Part shown: positions 27,677-36,534 of the stretch, piece after piece | Layout of the letters: the number at the start of each line of letters is the position of its first letter | Numbering within the stretch: the first letter of the stretch is position 1 | IMG/VR virus record: IMGVR_UViG_3300045988_151684 | Location: 1-64,000 of that record | Source of the DNA: a virus | DNA: 64,000 bases | Direction: 5' to 3' (one strand) | Program-made: the position numbers and the translations under genes | The notes under the pieces: generated by a model | Told to the model about the DNA's origin: nothing | The model's input: only the letters and a program-made list of their open reading frames with translations | The model's database searches: none

Positions 27677-28618
27677 ATGTGTACTGATAAAGTTAAGGTT
27701 AGAATAGCCTATGATGGCAACGCTCTTTCTGATGGCACCATGGATGTTAAAGACCTAGCCCCGGCGTTGATGGCCTATGCTAACTTTATTATTAGAGCAA
27801 ATCAAGTGATTGGTAATGAGGTACCAATCAATGTGAAGTTGAGAGCTGATGATGTACAAAAAGGTTCATTTGATTTAGTGTTGGAAGTAGTGCAGAGTCT
27901 TTTAGGACAGGCAAAAAGCCTGTTTAAGGTGGCTGAGAACACTGGCTTGAAAGATTTATCAGACCTTATTGGCATCGGAGAAACCATCGGCGGTACAATG
28001 ACAAGTATATTCGGGTTCTTATTGCTTGTGAAAAAACACGGAGGCATTTTAAAACAGAAGCCGATTGAAAGTGGCGTGCAAATTACATTCAAGGATTGTG
28101 TTATACAGAATGTGACAAACAATGTGTACAATGTGTATAAAGACTATGAATCACGAAAAAATTTAGAGGGCGTAGTTGAGCCGCTGAAACGAGATGGCAT
28201 TAGCAGCTTTCAGTATAGGGATGCAGAGAAACCTTCAAGTAAAGAGGCACTGCTAGTTATTAACAAGGATGATATACAGGCATTTGCTTCACCGGAAAAA
28301 GCAGAGGGCGAGCAGATTGTTAATGAAATTTCTGGCAGGATGGTTTTTCACATAGTCGGCATAGTATTTGATGAAAATCAAAAATGGCGATTCTCTGATG
28401 GAGAATCGACTTTTTGGGCAAAAATTGCAGATAACGATTTTTGGAGTTACGTTGAAGATGGTACATATGCATTTGCCAAAGGAGATCAGCTTGAGGTTGA
28501 GTATACGATTAGACAAACAGTACAAGCTGGTGGGAAATCAAACGTTGAGCGTGTCATAACAAAGGTTGTACGAAAAATTCCACGCCCAACCCAGATAAAA
28601 TTAGATTTTGAAAAATAA
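27677..28618 (+). CDS. stand-alone 313-aa hypothetical protein (AT-rich accessory gene, candidate defense/abortive infection)
   Basis: own promoter, strong RBS, downstream hairpin/T-run; GC much lower than prophage 1; no recognisable motif. Confidence 0.6.
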   Translation: MCTDKVKVRIAYDGNALSDGTMDVKDLAPALMAYANFIIRANQVIGNEVPINVKLRADDVQKGSFDLVLEVVQSLLGQAKSLFKVAENTGLKDLSDLIGIGETIGGTMTSIFGFLLLVKKHGGILKQKPIESGVQITFKDCVIQNVTNNVYNVYKDYESRKNLEGVVEPLKRDGISSFQYRDAEKPSSKEALLVINKDDIQAFASPEKAEGEQIVNEISGRMVFHIVGIVFDENQKWRFSDGESTFWAKIADNDFWSYVEDGTYAFAKGDQLEVEYTIRQTVQAGGKSNVERVITKVVRKIPRPTQIKLDFEK

Positions 28619-28945
28619 ACTCTATATCAATAAGGTCTATACTGGCAAGATAATGCCGGGTATGGGCCTTATTTTTGTTTCTGCTAGACTATGAGGAGCT
28701 TTTCCATAATGAACGAAAAGATACTGAGAATTTTTCTGCAAATATTTAAATATATTATTAGCATATTGTTGGACATGCCGTATTTTTGCCGCTCAAACAG
28801 GGGACTTTTGCCGCTCAAGCGTATAAATGCATATAAAAGTGTATGCAAGTGTTTTCCCAGATAATTTTTAAAAACCTAATAACTACGCGGTTTCTAGACG
28901 TTTTTTACAAACGTATATAAACATATATAAAAGGATATTTTGTTT

Positions 28946-28974
28946 ACTTCCGATAATTTATACTTATCGGAAGT
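28946..28974. repeat. 11-bp perfect inverted repeat ACTTCCGATAA-n7-TTATCGGAAGT in AT-rich non-coding gap
   Basis: seen in sequence; followed by TTTTTGTT. Confidence 0.5.
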
Positions 28975-29184
28975 TATGACCTTTTTGTTAATGCTTGTTA
29001 ATATTTGTGCTTTAACCCTTGCGCCGTCGCGGACTTATTGGAATCACAAAAAATGTTTGTTTATATTTATTAATGTCTGTAAATAAGATTTTCCGGACGC
29101 ATGGCGGAAAAATGGCGGAAGAAATGAAATCATGGACAGGGTTTAAAACGGATGACGAAATTTTTTCGTTCAGACTATATTTTA

Positions 29185-29268
29185 TCAATTCTCAAGGTAA
29201 ATCAACGCCATCACTGCATTGGCCACAATCAGCCATGTAATAATTTTCCTTTTGGTTTCCAATGTCAT
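29185..29268 (-). CDS. 27-aa hydrophobic peptide MTLETKRKIITWLIVANAVMALIYLEN
   Basis: RBS AAGAAAGGGG; adjacent to conserved GGAGG.TTTCGCCTCCC hairpin. Confidence 0.3.
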   Translation of the reverse strand: MTLETKRKIITWLIVANAVMALIYLEN

Positions 29269-29335
29269 TGCTATCTGCCCCTTTCTTATGTATAATTAGG
29301 GCTAAGCAGGAGGATTTCGCCTCCCGCGCCCCGGT
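29268..29335 (+). promoter_or_regulatory. TTGCTA-17-TATAAT promoter followed by hairpin GGAGGATTTCGCCTCC (motif shared with 55924..55939)
   Basis: seen in sequence; no ORF downstream before terminator at 29465..29518. Confidence 0.35.
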
Positions 29336-29464
29336 GTGCTACTTAATTAGGAATGCGATTAACTGGAGTAGGAAAGAAACTAGCTATCGTAATCACTAAT
29401 TCTAAGTCAGCACGCTTTTCTGCTCTTTCGAGCCGTTTTCGGTGTTCCGTGCGGAATATTTTTT

Positions 29465-29518
29465 TGCATAAAAAAATAAGCCCTATACCAGCATTGTGCC
29501 AGTATAGGGCTTTTGTTA
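29465..29518. terminator. bidirectional Rho-independent terminator
   Basis: AAGCCCTATA...TATAGGGCTT stem flanked by A-run and T-run. Confidence 0.6.
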
Positions 29519-30325
29519 ATATCCTGTGAATGTATTGAATGACGTTGCTCTGTACCAATACAACGCCCACAAAACAAAGTCAACTATCATCACGAAAAAC
29601 AAAAACAGGTTTATTCCTGCTATGGTTGATAGCTGAGGTTCTTTTTTCTTGTCATTTATCTTTGATGACACCGCTAATGGCTTCATGTTCACTTTTGCTA
29701 TGAAATCCAGCAGTAAATTCAGTAAGTTGAAAAGCATCATTGCAATCAGGATAATCACAAACGTCAAGCGATATATGGAAACTTTGTCTATATTGTTCAA
29801 TATAGAGCTGGAAAACACCATACCCGCTACAAACGTAATAACTATGGATGAGAAAATGCCAAGGATTGTAATATAGTCCTTCTGCATATTAGCCGCCTTT
29901 TCGCTCAGTGACCTTATTTCCTCACCAGATTTGCGATTTTTATCCTCCATGCGCTGAGCTATCTCTTGTGTGTAGCTGATGCGAGATATTTCCAGGTTCA
30001 CATGGTCATAAAGCTTTTCAAGCTTGTCACACAGCTCTGATGTCACATGGCCACGTCCTTCATCCCGCCACTGCACGGCAGATTCATACAATATTTGGAT
30101 ATTCCCTTGTAATTTTGCCATATCCAAATCATTATCAGCATCGATTCGTGTTATGACCCCGAACATCCCAGAATACAGGTGCCGGAAATCATCCGCATAA
30201 ATATCCTGCAATATAAAAATGTACTGTTCAAGGTTCTTTTCTGTTACATTCGTGTCTAAGCGAGCCAGCTTTAGAAGAAATTCCTGCAGTGCCTGCTGTT
30301 TATCACGCACATTCATACTCTGCAA
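29516..30325 (-). CDS. putative membrane toxin (soluble N-domain + 3 C-terminal TM helices), partner of Panacea-like gene
   Basis: start overlaps upstream gene by 23 nt; predicted TM segments at the C-terminus. Confidence 0.5.
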   Translation of the reverse strand: MQSMNVRDKQQALQEFLLKLARLDTNVTEKNLEQYIFILQDIYADDFRHLYSGMFGVITRIDADNDLDMAKLQGNIQILYESAVQWRDEGRGHVTSELCDKLEKLYDHVNLEISRISYTQEIAQRMEDKNRKSGEEIRSLSEKAANMQKDYITILGIFSSIVITFVAGMVFSSSILNNIDKVSIYRLTFVIILIAMMLFNLLNLLLDFIAKVNMKPLAVSSKINDKKKEPQLSTIAGINLFLFFVMIVDFVLWALYWYRATSFNTFTGY

Positions 30326-30782
30326 TCACTTCCTTGGGTATAATCTGCATCTTGCCGGCACCGCCCTGATACACTAAATCCCACGGTTTCCCTTCGGCAT
30401 GTGTCTCCTGAACTAAGTCCCACGGTCTCTTGCTCAACTTGTCAGCTACTACCTGGTCGATAATTGCCTTTTCATCAGCAGAAAAAGCTTCTTTTGGCTC
30501 TTTGCGTTCATAAATCGCAGCTGCCCCATAACCGCAATACTCACGGTAAACGCTTCTGACAACAGGACCGAATTGCCACGCTTCTACCTCATCCATAAAC
30601 AAAGCTCGCTTTTGTTGTATCAGAAACGTAGCTTGAACATAGTATAGAATCTTTTGCAACTGCAAATTGCTGATAGCCTTGTTTTCCTTCGTGCACTTGC
30701 TGATAATGTATCTTGCTACGTCATTAGCCGTGTGCGTGCCTTCAAAATCATTATTTTTATCGCCTTTGAAGAAAAAAAACAT
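30303..30782 (-). CDS. Panacea (DUF4065, SocA-like) domain protein, putative antitoxin
   Basis: LQKILYYVQATFLIQ...L..DE.EAWQFGPVVRSVY resembles DUF4065 signature; likely start MFFFFKG at 30782 with RBS GAGGAG. Confidence 0.5.
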   Translation of the reverse strand: MFFFFKGDKNNDFEGTHTANDVARYIISKCTKENKAISNLQLQKILYYVQATFLIQQKRALFMDEVEAWQFGPVVRSVYREYCGYGAAAIYERKEPKEAFSADEKAIIDQVVADKLSKRPWDLVQETHAEGKPWDLVYQGGAGKMQIIPKEVIAEYECA

Positions 30783-30811
30783 GGTTTTCAGCTCCTCTCT
30801 ATTGAATTTTT

Positions 30812-30841
30812 TATTATAGCCATATGATATATGGTTACACA
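30812..30841 (-). promoter_or_regulatory. promoter (TTGTGT-18-TATAAT) with embedded palindrome CCATAT-n3-ATATGG (putative autoregulatory operator)
   Basis: palindrome at 30820..30834 lies in the spacer. Confidence 0.4.
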
Positions 30842-31082
30842 AAAAATTACTTTTGTCAAACCCTGCATATTTAACCTAATCCGCTAGAAGTCCTCCACCT
30901 CTTAGTTGGGGGATGAAGGCGGGCATGGTGAATATACATTTATACATTTGAACGGCAAAAATCCCCTGTTTGAGTGGCAAAAATATGGCACCTTTTTGCA
31001 GGCTGGGCCGGAGCCAAAACGCCGTATTTTTGCCGTTCCGCCGCATACAGATATGTTGCAAAACGGCGGCAACCATAATATA

Positions 31083-31133
31083 AAATCAACCCCATACCGG
31101 CATAATGTGCTGACATGGGTTGATTTTTTGTTA
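31083..31133. terminator. bidirectional terminator
   Basis: ATCAACCC...GGGTTGAT stem with T-runs on both strands. Confidence 0.5.
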
Positions 31134-31349
31134 ATTTTTCTTTGTCAGCTTCGGCCCAAATACCCGTGTCATACCTTCAATGGTAATTAGCCAGGTAGAA
31201 CCTGACTGCCGTGCTTCGTTTTTTTCGAAACGTGGTGCGGCTTTTTTATAGCCGGTGCAGGCCTGACGGACGGTGACAACAGACTTGCCCCAGCGCTTAG
31301 CCGCCTCCGCAACCGTCATGACATTATTTAATAATTCTTTGCCTTCCAT
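31131..31349 (-). CDS. helix-turn-helix DNA-binding protein (excisionase/HTH_17-like)
   Basis: MTVAEAAKRWGKS...WLIT motif; GC-rich unlike neighbours. Confidence 0.5.
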   Translation of the reverse strand: MEGKELLNNVMTVAEAAKRWGKSVVTVRQACTGYKKAAPRFEKNEARQSGSTWLITIEGMTRVFGPKLTKKN

Positions 31350-31549
31350 TTCCGCAGCTCCTTAATTCCGCAAATCATTACCCATGCCCCCATAATTGAA
31401 AGGAACACTCCCATGTCTGTACCATCTGGCAATAGACAATCCAGCAGGAATGCCAAAGCTGTGATGAATACTATCAATTTCGTATTGCTCATATCTTATT
31501 CAGAATGGTATAATTCCAGTGAGGGGTGTCGGCCCCTCACCGGTTTTCT

Positions 31550-31672
31550 TTATTTGCTCAAGCTTTCAATGATTGAAGCTAATCCCTTTAACACGATGCC
31601 AAGTCCCGTTAATAGGATTCCTACTGCTTTTAGCAGGTCAGCGATAAGCTTGAGCTTTCTGTTTGATACCAT
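31550..31672 (-). CDS. 40-aa amphipathic/hydrophobic peptide MVSNRKLKLIADLLKAVGILLTGLGIVLKGLASIIESLSK
   Basis: perfect RBS AAAGGAGGG 6 nt upstream of ATG. Confidence 0.3.
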   Translation of the reverse strand: MVSNRKLKLIADLLKAVGILLTGLGIVLKGLASIIESLSK

Positions 31673-31764
31673 CTGTTTCCCTCCTTTCTATGATTTAATT
31701 ATACATCGAATTGCGTTGTTTATCAACGCAATTCGATTGATTTCCTTAGAAATTTACACAAAGA

Positions 31765-31810
31765 TAAGGCCCGTACCAACTGAGATTGCCGGTACGGGCC
31801 TGTTATTTAC
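31765..31810. terminator. Rho-independent terminator
   Basis: AGGCCCGTACC...GGTACGGGCCT 11-bp stem. Confidence 0.5.
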
Positions 31811-32347
31811 TTCGTCGCTCCCCAAGCACCCAACCCTATGGCCAATATTTGCCATAGGGTTTTCTGCGTCCTGAGCCGCTTTTCAGTCGTTTCGTGTGCT
31901 TTCTGAGCCGCCAGCATCTCTTGTCTGGCCTGTTGTAATGATTGATTGGTTGCTTGTATTGAGTTCTCGGCATTCTCGGCAGAGCTGGAAAGCCCGTTCA
32001 AGTGCTGATGAAGCTGATTGATTTGCTGCTTCTGCTGATACAATATTATTGTTAACTCGCTGACTTGCTTCTGCGATTCGGTCAGCGACTGACGTGCCTC
32101 CGCCGTTGCTGTCTGCGATAACTGCAGCTGACTGCTGAGCTGAATCAATTCCTTTTCTAACAACTGCAATTTCTGCTTCTGCTTTTCGTTGTTGATCTGC
32201 AGTCTGCTCAATGCACTGGACTGCTCGATGGTCTGCGTCTGGGGCTGTCCGGTTGTCTCGGAACAATAGCCAGACGAAAGCGGCCACAGCAATGACAAGC
32301 ACAATATAGCCGCCATAAGTAAGATACTTTTTGACGTTCTCATTCAT
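31807..32347 (-). CDS. lysis-region membrane/coiled-coil protein; two alternative overlapping frames (154 aa from ATG 32347 ending 31883, or 178 aa from ATG 32343 ending 31807)
   Basis: both frames open ~460 nt; RBS AAAGGAG upstream; N-terminal hydrophobic segment in both; Q/L heptads in the 178-aa frame. Confidence 0.4.
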
Positions 32348-32363
32348 GGTGTCTCCTTTCCCG

Positions 32364-32774
32364 TTATAAGATTCTCCCTAAGATGTAGCCCAGGGCTAAA
32401 ATTTCCATTGCTTGGTAAATGTCCTGCCGATGCGCAATGAGCATTTCCCCGAAGGCCTTGATATACTCCTTTACGCTCCGCTTTTCGTACTCTACTTTCC
32501 CCTGCAAGACAGCAACGCTCTTCTGCAGCCCCCGGCTGACATCTTCCAGCTGATGCGCCCAGGCATTGCTTCCAGCTTCTTTGAGTTTTTCAGCGCCCAG
32601 CTCCAGTTCTACTATCGTGTTCTGGTATGTTCTGATCAGAATCTTCTTGTCTTCTTCACGCATTTTATGCCCTCCATTCTGTTTCACTTGACTTTTCGAA
32701 GAAATATGCGCTCCTACTTGATTTATAAAGTCAAGTAAGTACGCATATTCCCTGCAGAAGTCAGAATTGGACAC
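32364..32774 (-). CDS. hypothetical protein downstream of endolysin
   Basis: ORF only. Confidence 0.4.
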   Translation of the reverse strand: MSNSDFCREYAYLLDFINQVGAHISSKSQVKQNGGHKMREEDKKILIRTYQNTIVELELGAEKLKEAGSNAWAHQLEDVSRGLQKSVAVLQGKVEYEKRSVKEYIKAFGEMLIAHRQDIYQAMEILALGYILGRIL

Positions 32775-32794
32775 GGAGTTAACTCAGCTTTAAC

Positions 32795-33409
32795 TCACTC
32801 ATCATAATAGATGCTTGCATCATAGCCAAAGCCAGCTAAATTGTCCGTGAACTGGTGCATCCGAATGATGTTATTCGGATATTCCTCTTTGAGATAATCC
32901 CGACAGGCCGTTTCGAACGTGTTGCCCTCACCATAATTTGCCACCCAGTATGGCACATAATCGGGCAGGTCTTCGATTCGGATGTGATGATCCCCTTCAG
33001 CGCTCAGCCAGTTCCAGCTGGCGTAGATTCCATTGTACTGATGGCCATAGTCTGTCAATCGATTGATGAACGCCCGGCAGCACTCGGTCACATCACCGTT
33101 AAGCATCCGTTTTGACTCTGCATCATACCAAATACCCAGCGACGGGGTTTCGCCCCTCAGATATTCCTTCAGCCATGCAGCCACCTGATCAGCCTCAGCC
33201 ACCGCCTCATCATAGGTGCAAGCGCGGGCAAAATAATAAACGCCAAATTGTAAACAATTTTCCACAGCCTTATTGATATGATCCACAAACATATCATCCA
33301 GGTGGGAATGTTCGCCAATCTTCAATATAACGCCCTCGATACCGGCATCTTTCACGGCCTGCCAGTCCACATTCTCCTGCCATGCAGAAATATCGATTAC
33401 CTTCATCAT
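32795..33409 (-). CDS. GH25 family lysozyme (muramidase) endolysin
   Basis: MMKVIDISAWQ..VDW...GIEGVILK...GVYYFA signature. Confidence 0.85.
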   Translation of the reverse strand: MMKVIDISAWQENVDWQAVKDAGIEGVILKIGEHSHLDDMFVDHINKAVENCLQFGVYYFARACTYDEAVAEADQVAAWLKEYLRGETPSLGIWYDAESKRMLNGDVTECCRAFINRLTDYGHQYNGIYASWNWLSAEGDHHIRIEDLPDYVPYWVANYGEGNTFETACRDYLKEEYPNNIIRMHQFTDNLAGFGYDASIYYDE

Positions 33410-33567
33410 TAGTTCTTACCGCCTTTCTTATTCGGTCTGTAATTTCGCGGAAATGGGCACATCTTAAAAAGACTGTATTCCATTTCCTGCACTTGATTTA
33501 CATAAAAACCCTGCCGCCTTGCTGCGTATGCAAATGCCGCTAACTAATTCACTCCACGCTAAACCAT

Positions 33568-33762
33568 TCATTTTCCCTCCGTGTTCTCCTGCGCTTTCCC
33601 GTGCAGGTCTTTTCCTGCCACTTTGCCGCCTAAAAAGCCTACAAGCCCTATGGCGATATTGTTTTGTAGTTGTGTATCACCGCCGATAATTTCGGCGATT
33701 ATAAGCGCAACCACAAGCCCTATAGCGATAATTTTATCCGTTGTAAAGTATTTAGCCTCCAT
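33568..33762 (-). CDS. holin
   Basis: homolog of 26514..26696; TM segment. Confidence 0.5.
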   Translation of the reverse strand: MEAKYFTTDKIIAIGLVVALIIAEIIGGDTQLQNNIAIGLVGFLGGKVAGKDLHGKAQENTEGK

Positions 33763-34018
33763 TTCTCCCTCCTACAACACTGTCAAGCCTGTCCAGTCTG
33801 TGATGGGCACTAGCCGCGCTGGCTTCAACCTTTGCGACACGCTCCTGTAGTTCGTTCCGTCTTTGTTCGCTGTATCTTAGTTCGTCCTTGAGTTCTGAAA
33901 CGATTGTTCTAAGCCCTTCGATGGACTGGTTCAACGGTTTCAGGACGATGTAAGAAAATGCCCCTGCAAAAAATCCTGCTATAGCTACCGACTGCGCTAT
34001 TGTGTTCAAAATATCCAT
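33752..34018 (-). CDS. XhlA-like lysis-associated protein
   Basis: likely start MDILN (ATG 34018); homolog of 26291..26524. Confidence 0.5.
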   Translation of the reverse strand: MDILNTIAQSVAIAGFFAGAFSYIVLKPLNQSIEGLRTIVSELKDELRYSEQRRNELQERVAKVEASAASAHHRLDRLDSVVGGRNGG

Positions 34019-34019
34019 T

Positions 34020-34169
34020 TCACCACCGCCATACAACACCTTCCGCTACACTGTTCCATTCGCCAAACAGGTATGTTGTCACCATGCCAATTGCTCCCGT
34101 TATCGTTCCCCACACAACTTCAAAACGCACCGGTATTATGGACTTAATAATTTCATTTATGAACTCCAT
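34020..34169 (-). CDS. 49-aa hypothetical protein (TGAaATG coupling to XhlA-like gene)
   Basis: ORF with overlapping stop/start. Confidence 0.3.
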   Translation of the reverse strand: MEFINEIIKSIIPVRFEVVWGTITGAIGMVTTYLFGEWNSVAEGVVWRW

Positions 34170-34182
34170 ACTTTCACCATTT

Positions 34183-34581
34183 TTACTTGCTATTTACTTT
34201 GAACCCGATAGTATTGTCATTCTGTGGCTCTATCACTGTATTGTTAACTATTGAATACTTGCCGCTGCTTTCCTTAGTGATTTGTATTATTGGCAGCATT
34301 TTGGTCCCATCACCTGCCTCATCAAAATATATACCATCATTTTTCATCACCATACGGGCTTCACTGTCATTATCAAACAATATACTTACTGAATTATTAG
34401 CTAAAAGTTCAATATTACGTGTTGGATCGGATGGAATACTTATATCATTATATCCATTAAACAATACTCCATTTATTTTTGCACCAGGTGTTAACTGCCT
34501 AGCAAATGGTGCCATAAAATACGCCTGCATTTGTGCAATTATATATTTAATATTATCCAATGTTATTAAAGATTCAGCCAT
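34183..34581 (-). CDS. hypothetical tail-module protein
   Basis: AT-rich block, co-oriented. Confidence 0.4.
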   Translation of the reverse strand: MAESLITLDNIKYIIAQMQAYFMAPFARQLTPGAKINGVLFNGYNDISIPSDPTRNIELLANNSVSILFDNDSEARMVMKNDGIYFDEAGDGTKMLPIIQITKESSGKYSIVNNTVIEPQNDNTIGFKVNSK

Positions 34582-34586
34582 TTTAA

Positions 34587-35630
34587 TTAACCTCCAATAA
34601 AATTTATTTTAAATTCACTTTTTATAGGAACATATTTTTTATCTTTCTTAAAAATTATTTTCCCCGTATCAGCATCATAAGTAGCGGTCATTTCATCATA
34701 ATCATATCCGTTTTCATAAAGACATTTTCCGCTCAATGAATGTTCCAATTCTGCAATCATGTTAATTTTAAATTTTTTATAAAAATCATAACTATTCCAT
34801 TCATCTATATTACATGTACATACAATAGTTCGAGTAGCTGGTGTATAATCACTACCATATGTATATAATTCCATATTAATATCAATGGTTTCTTCTTTAT
34901 TAGCTGGCGCTGCTGATATTTGATTGTCTATTATTTTTTTTATTACCAATAAATCATTAAATGTTATTTTAATTTTTTTATAGTAGTATTCATTACACTC
35001 TAATTCTATATCATACCAAGTAGGCTTTATTACTATTGGAACAGTCCCATATGCATTTAGATTTTTTACGCTAGATGCTTCAAACATCATTTTACCGCCA
35101 TATTTTGTAGCCCAGTCTTTTACTGATAACATATTTAACGTCCAAGGAAATATTTGTGGCAAGCTGCGGCATCCGCTAAACATCAAATAAAAATTTTGAC
35201 ATTTTGATGTATCAAATTCAGATAATTTTTGTAATTTTTGACAATCATAAAACATCGCTTCTGCACTACCAAGCAAAGGTGTTTTTAAACCATTTATTGA
35301 AATCAGTTCCGTGCATCCATCAAAACAATGATTAGCACTAATAGCATTGCTTAAATCCAAATTATCTATATTCTTTAATGCTGAACATCCTTTAAACAAC
35401 TCATCAGCACATGTTAATTTAGAATAATCTATATCATACGGTATTTCTGTCATTGATTTATATGTATCTGGATATAAATCAATCATTCTATAGCCAGTTT
35501 TTTCAAGCAAATAACTTTTATTTGTTTGCGTTGTCTTTAACAATTCCTTGGTGTCTTGTGTTACTGATTTATTTAAAAATTTACTTTTAATATTATTAGC
35601 TTGACCATGGCTTAATATTTTATTTCCCAT
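34587..35630 (-). CDS. BspA-type leucine-rich-repeat (LRR_5) tail-associated protein
   Basis: repeats F.GC..L..I......N...MF..C..L. Confidence 0.5.
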   Translation of the reverse strand: MGNKILSHGQANNIKSKFLNKSVTQDTKELLKTTQTNKSYLLEKTGYRMIDLYPDTYKSMTEIPYDIDYSKLTCADELFKGCSALKNIDNLDLSNAISANHCFDGCTELISINGLKTPLLGSAEAMFYDCQKLQKLSEFDTSKCQNFYLMFSGCRSLPQIFPWTLNMLSVKDWATKYGGKMMFEASSVKNLNAYGTVPIVIKPTWYDIELECNEYYYKKIKITFNDLLVIKKIIDNQISAAPANKEETIDINMELYTYGSDYTPATRTIVCTCNIDEWNSYDFYKKFKINMIAELEHSLSGKCLYENGYDYDEMTATYDADTGKIIFKKDKKYVPIKSEFKINFIGG

Positions 35631-35642
35631 TATATCACCTGC

Positions 35643-35963
35643 TTATTGATATACATTTAATGGAACTTTTTTGCCCTGTATGTTGCAATTTTGCATATAT
35701 TCATATATTTCGCTATTTCCTTCAATATGCACATTATCTAATATGCCATCATAAACTGTTTGCCGTGCATAATATCGTCTATCTGCTTTTATAATTTGTT
35801 TAATACTACCATCAGATATTACACCATGTATTATTTCATTATCCATATTTAAATCGCTATTAGCTGTTATAACAAATTCTCCTTTTTTATAACAGTTGCT
35901 TTTCAAATATGATACTAACTGCTTTATATCATCAATTGTTGCCCATTTATCAGCCATTTTCAC
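35643..35963 (-). CDS. hypothetical protein
   Basis: ORF. Confidence 0.35.
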   Translation of the reverse strand: MKMADKWATIDDIKQLVSYLKSNCYKKGEFVITANSDLNMDNEIIHGVISDGSIKQIIKADRRYYARQTVYDGILDNVHIEGNSEIYEYMQNCNIQGKKVPLNVYQ

Positions 35964-36523
35964 ACCTTCACACGTCCATTAATTATAATCATATTTAAAC
36001 TTGTCCCCAAATTATCAGCGGTCATATTTGCTATTAATGAATCTGGTACATCTTCAAATCGTGCAATTGTTACGCTGCTTCCTGAAAATATGCCCTTTAT
36101 ATTATCTATTCTTTCATCTATGCTTTTACATGATATAATCCATGGGAAAACTCCTGGTAATGATGAACAATCTTTAAACATATCTGCTAATGATACCGCA
36201 TTAGATGTATCTAGCCAATTTATATTTTTCAATTTAGCGCAGCCAGAAAAAGCTGCTTTATAATTTATCACCTTATTCCTTCGAAACTTCGTTATTACAT
36301 CATCTGGCAATAAATTTATGTTATTGTATGAATCGGTATAATTATTTGACATATAATTAGTTGCATCAATATCCGTAATATTTTTTAATGATGATAATAC
36401 GTTATCTAGGTCTTCTTTAGTTGCATGATTACTATAATCTTTTTTTAATAAATAGGTTGCTTTAGTTTTTTTAGCTAATTCATTTATGGCTTCGCTGCCA
36501 ACCAACTTTATATTACTTGCCAT
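35960..36523 (-). CDS. BspA-type LRR tail-associated protein
   Basis: AFSGCAKLKNI...MFKDCSSL repeat units. Confidence 0.45.
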   Translation of the reverse strand: MASNIKLVGSEAINELAKKTKATYLLKKDYSNHATKEDLDNVLSSLKNITDIDATNYMSNNYTDSYNNINLLPDDVITKFRRNKVINYKAAFSGCAKLKNINWLDTSNAVSLADMFKDCSSLPGVFPWIISCKSIDERIDNIKGIFSGSSVTIARFEDVPDSLIANMTADNLGTSLNMIIINGRVKV

Positions 36524-36534
36524 TTTATTCTCCT

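Larger units (their letters stand above)
27560..32360. other. inter-prophage accessory island (mostly AT-rich): stand-alone 313-aa gene, small peptide/hairpin element, Panacea-like TA pair, HTH gene, small peptides
   Basis: composition shift and independent transcription units bounded by bidirectional terminators. Confidence 0.5.

Noticed and set aside
31413-31874. 153-aa plus-strand ORF
   Set aside because: Runs through two terminator hairpins and overlaps a well-supported small minus-strand gene. It is hydrophobic junk-like sequence without an RBS.
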